DNA from: Octopus sinensis
Lineage: Eukaryota
Direction: 5' to 3'
NCBI RefSeq assembly: GCF_006345805.1
Contig: NC_042997.1
Coordinates: 88,288,001 to 88,352,000 of the forward strand
Length of the DNA stretch: 64,000 nt
This document shows, piece by piece, positions 25,441-39,765 of the stretch (the stretch's first letter is position 1; each line of letters starts with the position of its first letter). Under the pieces are notes generated by a model that searched no databases, was not told where the DNA came from, and was given only the letters and a program-made list of their open reading frames with translations. Position numbers and translations under genes: made by a program.

Positions 25441-28400
25441 CATGCATAGACAGATAGATTGTTAGATTGATTCATTGATTAATTGATTGATTCTGTCTTT
25501 GTTTCGACCTCTTTCACTTTGTGTTTTTTCATCTGTGTGTCTGTGTGTGTGTGTCCATGTCTGTTAACATACCAACAGCTGGTCTGTGTTTCTTTGTCCA
25601 CATTCATTTCCCCCACCTTTCTCTTTTGCAATACTCTCTCTGTTTCTGCCCTCGGCCCCCCTACTATCTTCATCACATCTACTTTGACCTTCTCCCTCAC
25701 CATAAGCACCAGCACTAAATAACCCACTTACCCTACTCAAACCATCTTTTGTCAGCTCTCCACTTAACTTACTGATATTAACTAATCAATCCTCAATAAC
25801 CAATCATGCATCACTATCACTGCTAGCTTCTATAAATACTTACCCTACTCAAAACATCTTTAACACTATGTGTCCTGCCCACTTACTCCACTACTGCACT
25901 CTGTTATTTCTGTCTTCATCTGTTCTCTGCCTCTGTATCTATCCTTCTACCTGGTTCCCTATTTAACCAACTGAACTACATCATTTCATTCAGTCCCTCA
26001 TTAAGCCCTAGAATAAACCAAAATATATTTTGCCAGATTCATGGTTATTGATTAACTATCTTGACTCTCAGACTTCTAGCTTTGAGTACTGCATTCTATG
26101 TAGCCTGACAATGTTCCTTTGAATCACTTTCTCGTGTGTGTGATAATGCTGTTGATGGATTCTCCTTCGTAAAGGAAATACCTAGTTATTTAATTAATTG
26201 AAGTGGTAGATGACCAATCTATTTATATGTATATTCTTAATGTAATTCTCAAATAGAACCAACTTGACAGTGTGACAGAGTTAGACTATTGAATTACTGA
26301 TACAGTTCATCCAACAAGCTTCTACATAGTTTCCTTCTAATCAGCTGTACTCACTGAATTTGGGTTGAGCCATAGCAATGTTAAAAGACACTTGCCCAAT
26401 ATGCCATGCAATAGGATTGCACCAAGGACATCATGATTACAGAATAAACTTCTCAACCCCTCAGCTGCATGTTCTTTTATTAATTTCATAGGTTTAGTTA
26501 ATCACACCAGTATTTCAGTCTAATCTTTATCTTGGACTTATTTCAGTCTTTAGGCAGCAGTCATACTGGGGCACTGCCTTGAAGAATTTTTAGTCAGATG
26601 ACTCACCCCCAGTACACCAACACCAGTTGTCATGCAGAGGTGGTGGAAGACAAACAAACTAACAAACACACACATACACATATACATTCATTCATACATA
26701 TATGTGTATTTATATATACATACATACAATGGGTTTCTTTTAGTTCCCATCTACCAAATCCACTCTCAAGGCTTTGGTCAACCCAAAGCTATAGGAGAAG
26801 ACACTTGCCCATGGTGCCATACAATGGGACTGAACCCTGGAACCATATAGTTGGGAAACAAGCTTCTTGTCACACAGTCACACCTAATACTTATTTTATC
26901 AATCTATATTCATTTAACTATTAAGTTATGGGGCATAAAGAGATATAACCAACACTGGCACACACATAAAGGAAGAAGACACATACCCACACAAGTTTCA
27001 GCACAGTTTCCAGCTTCCAAATTCCACTTCCAAGTTATTGCATAAAATATATATGAAGCATTGTGAATTTGAATATAAAAGCACTGTGACAGAGCCACGA
27101 GTTTGATGTGACTGTACATTCCTTCCTCATCTGACTCTTAATCCTGAGAAAGCTGACAATATTGTTGTGCATTAATACGAATACTATGGCAATGACACAT
27201 TTTTCTTTTAAGATATTTTGAGCTTAAAGCAACTGTTCATGATGAAAAAAATTAATGCAGATTTCAAATAATTTTCCAATTCATTTTAGTCAGAATGGAT
27301 CGCAAGCCACAAATCAGTGTTCAGGAGAACTTAGATTTACTGAATAAAAATAGGTATCAACTTTTTTGCTGACCAAAATATTTTGATGAGAAGGTCATGT
27401 CATATAGTTGAGGGTTGTTAGTATCAGCAGTAATTAACAAGTCAGCAAATCAAGATTGTTCAGTTATTCCTGTCTGGTTTGTTTGTTTTTTTTTCTCTGC
27501 TGCTTTCTCCCCATCTCAAGCTCACCCTTTTTTGTTTTGGTCTTAGTTGTAAACTGTCTGATCCAATTATTTTCTCAGTAGCTCAGCAAGATATGTGTCT
27601 TGTAATTCTTTTTTTTTTTAATGAGAAAGTGTGCAAGTAGCAGTTTGAATATGAATTTTAATTTTTAAAAAACTATGACAATGCAAGTATTAGTTATAAA
27701 ATAAATTTCAAATTCATGCAGGTATAGCTAGCTGGTTAAAAAGTTTGCTTTGCAAGCATGTAATTTCAGGTGTAGTCCCATTGTGCAGTATTTTTGGCAA
27801 TCATCTATATTGCTTCAGGCCAGCCAATACCTTCTGAATAAATCTGATAGACAGAAACTGTTTGTGTATATGTGGAGTAAGAGTGGGGACTGTGTCAATC
27901 CTTACATTCTGTGGTGTTTTCTGTCTGCTGGCTCTGTGCTTTTGAAGATAAAGGGAATGAAAATTCCATTTCTTGAAACACAGGTGAGGATTTATGACAA
28001 GAAGAGCATCCAGCTGGGTAAAGAATGCCTCAACAATATGTATTAGTCTAACCCATGCTAACATGAAGAAAATGGACATAAAACAATCAGATGAATATTT
28101 CATGAAACAACAGTTCAGGAAAGCTTAAATTTGCTGATCAAGAACCTGTATCAACTTCCTCAAAATCTTCACATGCCAAACACAGTTTATTCTGCCAAAA
28201 ATGAATTCCACAATTTATGTCAACTCTATTCTAATCCCCAGTTTTACCCTGAGTAGGAACTTCAAGCTTGAAATATTGTAAGAAAAAAAGTGTATATGAA
28301 TTATTTTATTTTAAAAGATCTGCATTGTCTGCTTTTATATACTCACACAATTTCATAGCCCCTTGCTAACCAAAGTCATATGAGTGAATTTGGTTGATAG

Positions 28401-31400
28401 AAACTGAAAAAAGCTTATAATATATGTATATATGTGTGTATAAGTATCCTTGCCTCATTATTATGAATAGTTGTCAATATCACCGTCAGACAAGTGATGT
28501 CTTTTGCTTGCATTCTTCCATGAAAAGGTTATACAGACTAAAGACTGTTTTACTTTCTGAAAACTGGTGATGGTTGGCAACAGGAAAAGCATCCAGCTGT
28601 AGGAAATCTGCCTCAGTGAATTTTGTCTATACTTATTTTGTTGGATGTGTATAGAGTAGTATTTGTTTTAGTAACTGCGAATTTGAATTCTGAAAAGCTT
28701 TATTTTGTGTGCTGTCTTTTTTTACTGAAACTTGTTCCTTTTGGCTTTTTGAAATTGGTAGAAGTCTTTTTACTTTCTTCATTGATGTGTACATGTGTTG
28801 CCATGATAATTACTAAGTAGTCTTTGGAGTATTCTTTACCAAGTGTTTGTGGCAACGAGTGGTATGGGAAAGATGATGATGATGTCTAAAGAATTGTAAA
28901 AGGTTTGGTGAAGTGTGTGTGTTGGTGTGGACTGTTTACACTGTAAAAGTTTTTAGTTGTGACACTTTCCTTTACCCCTTGCATTATCTGTACTGATTGA
29001 AAGCCAAGATGTGATGCTTGCATTAAAGTCTCTGCCAATTATGGTTCTTTGAGAAAGTGCTAAAACATTGTTAAGTTGGATTTTGTAGCCTGGTGGAGTG
29101 GCCAGTAAAGTTAAAGTAGTGTGTGCGTTTATATTAATGTGCTTTGTGCTGCAGGTTTATTTGTTTTTATTTCGAAAGTCTGCTTTTTTAATGTGGTATT
29201 ATCTCTTATTAGTTTACAAATGCAAATTTTACATATATTATGAGGCTTCCAACATTATAATAGGGTCTGTCTTATCTAATCTAGGTGTAATTATTGATAT
29301 ATGATGTTTTGTATTGAAGAAGTAAAAATATTCCTAGAATATTTTGTGAAGTGTGATGATAAAACCTCAAAGTTCCATAAAGGTATTTATTTTTAATGCA
29401 GTTAATGTTGTATTGCAAAATTGCCTCGGGTTTTTAAAGTTTAATTTTGGTGTGAAGTGGGTTTTTTTTTTTTTCTACTAATTATTTTTCTGTGTAGGCC
29501 TGTGAAGTTAGTGAGGGAGATAAAGAGGGGCTGCTTGTTTTTATTTTTATTGTCATTGCAGTTGTTTTTGCACTGGTGTATATTTTTGTAGTGTTTTCAA
29601 TTGTGAGTATTTTGGGAAACACTTCACTATATAGGGATTTTAAACCATATTTCATTACTCACAAGTGGTGCTTACATATAGAAAGAAAAATTTTTGAACA
29701 AACTTACACCACTTGACCAGATTTTAAGCTGTGAACATTATGTCTTCTTTTCTGCATAGTGTATTCAGGATTATTTTTCTGGTATGTTCTACCATTTTAA
29801 AGGTGGTAGGTTAATAATTGAAGACGATTTCACTGCTATAAATAACAGACCCAGTGACTGTGTAGAGGCTTCTTCCTTGTCTCTTCATGGATGGAATGGC
29901 TTCTGTTGGCACACTTGTTTTTACCAATGAATGCCTTTCCTACTCCTGAACATTTAACCATAAATTAAGAGTAGAGCTTTAAGTTGAACAAATGGAGTAA
30001 GAGTTTTGTATCTTGCAATAATGACTGTAATAAGATTTGAACTCGTGATTGCATGATCAGTTATCCATCACTTTAATTTTACAGCTATTAGTGCTTCTTA
30101 CAACCATTCTGTTTCATATGATCATTGTATATATGAGAAAAGTGTATAATATGAATCCTATAGCTATTATACAAACAATATAAACTTCAAAACAGTAATT
30201 CGTAAGGTCAAAGGCTACAGGTGTACACATTACTCTTTAAACATTATGGCAATTTACATTACTGTATAGATCACAGTGGCACACATCACTTGAATAAAAT
30301 AGCTTTGATCACTTAGGAACTTCTGTGAAAAATAACTGTGAAAATAATATCTTCTTATTTCTACTTGCTCAAAATCACTTCAGAATAATTTTCCAGAAAC
30401 ATGTTTTAAGAATAATAAACCTTCAAAATAGACAGCCAAATTGACAGAAAATTTAATGGAGGAAATTTATCTTCATAAGATAATTTAAATGAATATAAGT
30501 TTTATTATGTTTTCATGTGTAAAAAATAAAGTATCCGTATATTTTTTTAGATAATTTATTCTTCAAATAAATTGTCTCATTTTTTTACATTAGTGAATTT
30601 CAAAAACATAAAACTATAAATTTAGTTATTTAGATTTAAAATGATACATTCTAGAATTGTAGTAAGAAAAAGAAACCCATCAGATTCAGAATGTAATCTA
30701 TTGTATAATGCTTTCCTTTTACTAGTTTTGTTATTTTAGACACAAATTGTCTTATCTTGAGGTATAAATACAACTTTTGCTGTATAATAAAATCTTGAAA
30801 CCTAGAAAGTGTAAACAAAAAACATTCTCCTACTCCCTGTTGCTTCTCTAAAACACATAAACGCATACAGGGGGTGCTGAAAGGTTCTTAGCTTTGGGTA
30901 ATAGATAAAAGAAAAAGAGGATCAGTTAATTATGATTTTATTCAACATATTCCCCTCTCAGATTCACACACTTATTGCAGTGGTCCTTTTCTAAGCCCTA
31001 TAAAATAACACAGGCCTTTCACAATACCCTTAAAGCCAGGAACTTTTCAGCACTCCTTCATGCACACACACACACACATACACACACACACACACACATT
31101 TGTATGAAGCTCCTAATTCACTACAGCACCAATCAAAGTTTCTTACTTCTACAAATTGACATCTGTAGAATTGCATTAAACAAGAAACTCTGAGTCAACT
31201 AAGTGTATCATCAGCTTTGTACAAATAAATATATTTAGGTAATAACACAAACTTTTCTCTTTCATTTTTACTCTGGCTTTATGCTTTCAGAACATACCTC
31301 TCTGCTACTAAGCAGATCAACTACTTTTAAGTATCTCTCTAAGAATTTGGAATATTTCATTTCATAGCTTTCCTTACTGCTAACTGCTCTTGTACATCAG

Positions 31401-34400
31401 CTACATGCAACATCTTTCTTATGTCGGCCTACTTGTGATCTCACTGTATTTCTTGTACACACATAGTTTACATTAGACACCCCATACTGAATGCTTACCT
31501 ACCTATTTTCTGTGTGTTTAGCATGGCCACATCCCCAACAGCAGTAAAGTCCTCTCTTCTTACCTGCTTCCTAAAACTTTTGCCTTTGCTAGTTTTACTG
31601 CAAGCCTCTTGATCCTAGGCTGTGCTTCTCTCTTTAGAATTTCTTCTCTAAATTATTCAACAGAATCAGTTGAGAATTTAGTCATTGACATATAGAAGTT
31701 CTCACTAACAGACAATTTTCCATTACTGTTTTAGCCCGAAGAGCTGTATTAAACAAGAGCAGGCTAAATTTTATCTGCATGCTAAATTCCTTGCTGAATT
31801 CATTACTAACAGATTCGTAGCATCTTTGTACCTGGTTTGCCTGGCTGTCACAAGTCATTCATCTACACATAGTTTTCTTAATGACAACTAAACTACTGGA
31901 TGTAGTATCTTGTCAAAGGTCTGACTGATTATGTGAGTGACTAGCATATATCTCACATTGCTGGATATTTCTAACATTTCAATGACTATCCTAATGGACT
32001 GGTTTCTTTCCTTGCCATCATGGTGTTAATGACCATTTGGACTGCATAGCGGTCTACTTAAAGTAGTAATTCAGCAACCACTTGTAGTAGCATTTCCATG
32101 TCTCTTCTTGGTAGACTTCTATTTGATAGACTTCTTTTTCAGAATGACATTTTCTCGGTTTTTTTAACTGTGATATACATAGCAATTGAAATTTTTGGTG
32201 AATTTAGTTTGTTGAGTAATTACATATCAAAACAGAAAACTGAAAAAAATCTGGTATATTTTTAATTCTGTATTACACATGTTTCAATACAAGATAGGAG
32301 TTACAAAGGTTACATGTATAGAATTTCCTATCCGTAATTCTCCAGACATTTTGTTTTTAATCTTTGAAGAATTACACGTAGGAGATTCTATACATGATTT
32401 TTCTACATGTATACCTTTGCAACTCCTATCTTGTAATGTAAAGCATGTTAGATTGAATTAAAAATATACCAATTTTTTACCAGTTTCCTGTTTAGATATA
32501 TACTACTACTACTACTGCACATACACACATAAAATGAGTATATAGATATAAATTATATAGGTGGGTTTTGTAATAGCTCTCAGGTATATTCCAGTTCTGG
32601 CTACCCACATCAAATAGTAATAAGCATCAATGATCATTTAGTATGAGTAATCCTGCTATAATTCTTTTGATGGGTAAATCTGGGTTTACCTCTCTGGATT
32701 ATGAGTATTTTGGGGAGTATAAATTTCAGACAATTACAAAGAATATGGAGATTGGTACATCTTCAAATTTTTCTTTTAATTTAACAGTTAGTTATACAGC
32801 ATAATTAGATAGTTAAAATGACACATGCTTCTACTGCACAGAGTATGTACAGAAGCATATGCAACCCTCAATATTCTGCTATGCACTTTTATTCATGATC
32901 TTTCTACAAGCATGGTTCAAAGCAGGGGCAGACTGAGAGTATTAAGGGCCCTCTGGCATAACTGTTTACTGGGCCCCTTAGCATTGATATGAGTAGAATT
33001 AACATATAGAGTGTGGGCCCCTCAGAGCTCTGGGCCCTCAGGTAGTGCACAATTGACTGCCAGTTCAGTCTACCCCTGGTTCAAAGCAAACTGAGTTTAT
33101 TTATTTGTGGCTAGCTTATTTCATTATTCTATTATGTTTAAGATACAAAAGGAAGGCAATGGAAATATGTTGAAATCTGATATTGGCTATAAAATTTATT
33201 TTGTAGCTGACCTCAAGTTAACCTTAGTTCCAGGACAAATTTTGTCTAAGGTGCTACATAGTGGAATTGAACCTGGAACCATGTGGAGAGAAACCAAATT
33301 TCTTAATCACATAGTCATGCTTAGTTGAATATCAATTCACTGGCTCCTGTGAGGAAAAGTAAGAGTGTTACAACTTTCAGACAGGAAGGAAACACTCTTG
33401 TCACCTACATTCTCTAGCAACTCAGTTGATGGCAAATTAGTTAAATCTGAATAATAATGCTGCACAAATTTACTATTCCATATACATTGTTTAGATTTTT
33501 ATAACTTTTCAAAATTTGCATTATAACTTATAAAACAAAATTACGCACAAGCATTACAGCAATGGCATTCTAGTCAATATATTTCTAATTTATTTAACTG
33601 AAGAGACAAGAATATGATTCAGAAGAGGAGAAATGGGAATTTACTACAAGCATTTAAAGGAATTATATTTTGGAGTCATGATGGGTATATTGGGTTTCAT
33701 ATGTTTGTACCTCAGTGTCACTTTGATGGCATGCATTGCTCTCTTACTCAATAATAATAATGATAATTTTGGCACAAGGTTAGCAATTTGGGGGAGGGGG
33801 TAAGTCAATTACATTGACCCCAGTACTCAACTAGTACTTATTTTATCAACCCCAAAAAGATGAAAACGAAGTTAACCATGGCAGAATTTCAACTCATAAC
33901 ATGAAAATGGACAAAATACCACTAAGCATTTCGCCCAGTGTGTTAATGGTTCTGCTAATAATAATAATAATAATAATGATAATAACCATTTCTTACATTG
34001 CCTAAAGTCTAGTTATGTGGGGCTGTGGGTGAAGAATTGTTTAACAACTGTAATCAACCTCATCTTTTCACTTTTATGAATCTTTTATACACACACACAA
34101 ACATATGCATATATATATATACATACAGAATGAGAAAGAAAGAATGTATGGAATATAGACTGTGGGAGATGGAAAGAAAATATGAAAATTACACAGATAG
34201 AAATGGAAAGAGAATGCAGAAAGTAGACAGAGATGGAGAGAAAGAAAAAAAGAGAGAGAAAATTATGGGAAGATTTGAATGCTATTTCTAGTATGTTGAG
34301 TGGCTGTTCCAGCTGTAAAGATAGATTCATATAAATTAAATGGTTTTTTATTATAAAAAGTAAACAAAAATACTATTTAACTGAAAATTTTAGAAGAGAA

Positions 34401-37400
34401 AAAAAATCTATAATCTTATATACACACACACACTTACATACATACATACATACATGTATACATACATGTGATTACGGTAAGGTTACATGCTTAAGTAAAG
34501 ATAGTTTTTCTGTCCCCAAAACACAATTATACCCAGAGGAGAAAAAGATATCTATATTTATTTGACCTTCGAACGTTGGGCCTCACAGAGGAAATGACAA
34601 AAGACAGAGACCTCCGGATATATGCTAGCAAATAAAGTGACATCACAGCTGTAACCTACACCAGTGTTGCATAACCAGCCAACTCAAAAACGAGCTTCGG
34701 GTCATAGGGCAACATGCCATGCTTGAGGAGACCTATTGAATCAAGTACATCAATATCAAAATGAAATCAAATGGAAATTGTAATTGTGGTCCCCGTGCCA
34801 TTGGCACATAAAAAGCACCATCTGAATGTGGTCGATGCCAACCCTCTCGCCCCGACTGGCTTCTGTGCTGGTGGCACATAAAAAGCACCATTTGAACGTG
34901 GCTGATGCCAGCGCGACCTTCACTGGCTCCTGTGCCGGTGGCAAGTAAAAAACACCATCCAATCATGGTCGATACCAGCCCCCTCTGGCCCCTGTGCTGG
35001 TGGCACATAAAAAGAACCCACTACACTCTCAGAGTGGTTGGCATTAGGAAGGGCATCCAGCTGTAGAAACATTGCCAGATCAGACTGGTGTCTGGTGCAG
35101 CCTTCTGGATTTCCAGACCCCAGTCAAACTGTCCAACCCATGCCAGCATGGAAAACGGATGTTAAACAATGACGATGATGATACGTGTGTGCGATTTTTT
35201 CATATGCCAAGTGACCATATTGCAGCTGTAAAGATATGTACATATATATAACTATATATCTTAGTGTGTCTGTTTCTATGTGTGAATTTTTGATTCATGA
35301 AATTATCTTCTCCCCCCTGTTTGTCAGTGATGCTGAGAATTCTTGTCTTTATGTTCAGTCTTAAAATCAAATATATATTCCATGAAATGATAATCGACTG
35401 AAACCCTGTTTTCAAATTCTTAACAAGTTTACAAAACTAGTGCTAGCTCATAGCCTTGTGCACTACAATAATGATGATGAAAGGACTGCTTGTTGATTGG
35501 CAGTTCTTATCCTTTCTTGTAATTGTTAAAAAATATTCTCACCACCATTACCAAAAAAAAATCCATATTTAGCAATATGAGACAAAAATGATTCTCTTCT
35601 TGTGATTTCAAGTTTTGGTTTACTCTCTGAACATAAAACATGAATTAAGATTTTGCTCTACACTCTTCACATGAATTTGCCTGGCTGGGAAAATCACCTC
35701 TAATAATCTGTATTGTGCTTCTCTTGACTATAATGCGTTTCTTTAGACCATAATGAGCTGTTCAAGATGGCCTGGGAATTTTTTTTTCTTTACAGCTGGA
35801 AATGTATTCAATTTCCAAACTCAGATCTTGATGTAGTTTAATTATGTATTCTGTTTTCAACACTAGATAATGCAATCATAAAAGCAGCAATAAAGTTCTT
35901 AAATTAATCACTAAACTGTTATAGCTATTTGTTTACATGGACAACAATAATAATTACAACATTAAAATTGAGAAAACAGTCCACCACAGATTCACATTCC
36001 CTACTTTTATCATTACATTATCTCATGTTGAAAAGACTATAAAGCATTTTGCCTCCACTTTCATAGATCTATTAAACTGTCACTCTTTTCTGTTATTAAC
36101 CTCCCATGCAAGTGGAGGGAGCTTCACCCATTTTAATGTGGTCCTAATCTCTATTGTCTTAGGTGTTCCCGTTTTTTTCTATCTTTTTTCGACTCATGCA
36201 CATCTTTTCTCTCTCCCTCTCCACACGCACACACACGCACATATATATATGTCTATCTTTCTATCACTTTCTTTCTTTATACTACACAGGCTGTAACAAA
36301 GCATTAGACGCTACAGATATCAAAGACATCATCCTATGTGTAAGATTACAGCATTGCCATAAACTTATTAGAGCAATTGCTTTTATGTTGTTTCTTGACT
36401 GGGTAGAAATAGCCACCTAAATTCTTTCAAATCACACCCTGCCATCTTAAAAAAATGTAGGGAAAAACATTGTGTAATGCAGTCCTAAAAACACTATTCC
36501 TGAAAAAAGATGGTCACAGCTGGAACATTCAATTAGTTTTCTAATCAGAAGTTATATGTCAGTCTACTTTTATCAAATGCCCCAACTGATTTTATATTTC
36601 TAATACTTATACATATATTATTAATATTTTTCACTTATTATCTGCTTGTTTCTTTACAGACAAATAAAAAAATAATCCGCAAAAAATATTACATGGGACC
36701 TATGTTTAAGGTAAGAAATTCATGAATTATTTTAAATACGACATCGCTGGAAGTAAAAAATGCACTATTTTTATTACTAGGCCAGTTGGAAGACAGGGTG
36801 GGTGTTAGAATGAGTAGAGCCATGGAAAAAATATCTTTTAGAGTTTAGTTTTGCCAGTTATGTTCCAAGTTCAGATCCAACTAAGGTCAACTATGATGTT
36901 CCCTATACATGAGTTGACAAAATTAAGTTCCAGGTCCATATATTTAACTGTACACCTTCCAAACCTTGTGGACTTGTGTTAGTGTTAGCATAATATTGAT
37001 TCCAAATTTTGGCACAATGCCAGCAAGTCTGGGAGAGAGGAAAAGTTGATTATATTGATCCCAGTCCACAACTGGTACATATTTTATCAACCTGAAAAGG
37101 ATGAAAGGCGTTGAGGCAAAGTCAACCTTGACAACATTTGAACTCAGAAGGTAAAGATGAACAAATTGTCACTAAGCATTTTGTCTGGAATGCTAACAAT
37201 TCTGCCAGCTCATCACCTTAGTGTTATCATAATATTAATATCATTGTAAGGCAATGAGCTGACAGAATCATTAGCATACTAGGCAAAATGCTTAGTAATA
37301 TTTTGTCTCCTTTTACATTCTGGGTTCAAATTCTGCTGAGGTCAGTTTTGCCTTTTATCTTTAGAGAGTCTATAAAATAAGTACCAGTCGAGCAATGGGG

Positions 37401-38794
37401 TTGATGTAAGTGATTTACCCATTTCCCCCAAATTTCCTGGCCTTGTGCGAAAATTTGAGACCAATATTAATATCCTTGTATCTTTAATATAGGGGATCCA
37501 CTTTTGCTAAGGGAAGTAAGTTGAGTAAAAGATTGTTGGTGGTCATGATAGTCATGCTGACTGTAGTGAGGTCGATGATGATACTGATATATACAATATA
37601 TGTGTGTGTGTGTGTGGAGAGAGAGAAAGAGAGAGAGAATTAAAACAGGAGTTGAAGGAAGAAGCAAATTGGACTAGAAATTTTAACACAACTCATGAAT
37701 ACAATGGTTTATCCATCTGTCACAGAGAATGAGACAGTGAGAGAAAATTTTAAATATGGGTTGAGATTTAGTGTGTTAGTAAAGGAAGGTGATAACAGTG
37801 AAAGCCGGAGAAAAAAAAAGAAACAAAAAGGGACTCCAATGAATCGATATACAGACGCATAGTTATACAGTTTTCTCTCGAGACTATTTCTGTAGTAAAA
37901 AGCCTTTTCACATCCAACTGTACTTGAACATGCTAAATGTGACCCTACACACCAACATTAGTTATATCATAGCAGAATATTATAGACAGATGTCTTCAAT
38001 TTCATCCCAGAGTGAAGATTGTTGAAAGTGTTTGCTACATACATTATTTTTTTAACAAATTTTAAGCAAGTTCAATAATATAGTCACAATGGAATAGTGA
38101 AGAGAAGTAAACCAGTATTTTCTCAGTTTTCTAAATAGCACGTTCACTTTTTGTTGTAAAGATAAAAGATAAAATAACATCTCTCAGGGTAGAAGAGTTG
38201 ACAATGCTATAATAAAGAATATTGTTTTGTTTTCAAAGATGCTCTCTCCTAAGACTATGCCTACTGTACTACCTATGTGGACTTATACACTATCACTTCA
38301 GGAAAAGAAAAAGCAGGACCAAACAAAATGCTTTATATTTAATGTTATTAAGTGTTCAATAAATTAGTTAAGTCTGTTTACGCTTTGATTTCAAATCCCA
38401 TTGAGGACAATTATGACTTCAATGTCTCCAGGTCTGATAGATAAATGAATTACTGGGGAGGAATGGGATGTCAGTTAAACTGACTGTACACCCTCTTCAG
38501 TAAATGTATTGCTTAGTTTTCATGTAAGAAATCATCATAATTTTTATCATCATTATTATTAGTAGTAGTGAGAGGGTGGTGGATTTGCTGACTCAATAGA
38601 GTGTTGTGGCATTTGTTCTGGTCGTTTATATTTCTGATTCAAACCTTGCCAAGATCAACTTTGTTCTTCATCCTTGTATAATGTTTGATGAAATAAAGCA
38701 TTAACCAAGTACTGGGGTTGATATAATTGGCTAATTACCCCACCACCACCTACCCAGATTTGTACCTCATGCCTATGTTATAAATTAATTATAT

Positions 38795-38857
<63 letters not shown>

Positions 38858-39731
38858 AGTTTGACGAAGGGCACAACTTGTAGAAACAAATGACATCCCT
38901 TAAAGTATGTAGCTATGTCCATTTATGTTCTTCTGAGTTGAAATTCCCCAAGAATTAACTATGGCTATTCATCCATCCAAGGAATAGATGCAATAAAGTA
39001 CTAGTCAAGGACTGCAGTCAATTCAGTTGACTATAAAATTATCTGGCTTTTTGCCAATATAAGAAATCATTATTATTTCGTGGCGGTGGCGGTGGCTGCT
39101 GCTGTTGTTGTTGATGATGATGATGATTCCTAAGATTTATTAAATCCTACAGATTGTAAGGTAAAAACAAAAATTACCTTGCTAGATTTTGATGAAGATA
39201 TTTGCAAATTAGAAATATTAATGAATTCAGCTATCCAATAATGTGTGTCTATACAGTTACATCTGTGTGTGTATATATACATAGAGTGAATGTGGGGGAG
39301 ATTAAATTTGTTTTAAATCTGAAATGGCTTGAGCATAATCAAACCTTAACTTTATTAGAAGTTTACATTTAGGAACTTTGATATTTTAATGTAGTAAAAA
39401 AAACCTCTACACTAGCATCTTGGAGAATAAAATGTCAGAGGTTGATGTTGTAATAGATATTGGTAAAAGACTGTCGAAGAAATATGAGAAGTGAAGAAAA
39501 GAAAATAGCCACTTTTGTTTTATTTCATATTATTTTATTGAGTAGATTGGAAATATCTTGCACAACATATGTGAAATGCCAGAGAAGCCTCAGTGAAAGA
39601 TCACTTAAAGATCATATCAATTGAGAAAGAAAAGAAATATATATGATGTATTTGATACAGTATATAAAAATAAGTTCAAAATTTGAATCGAATAGGAATA
39701 CAAGAAGTGTGTGTGTGTGTGTGCATGCACG

Positions 39732-39765
<34 letters not shown>

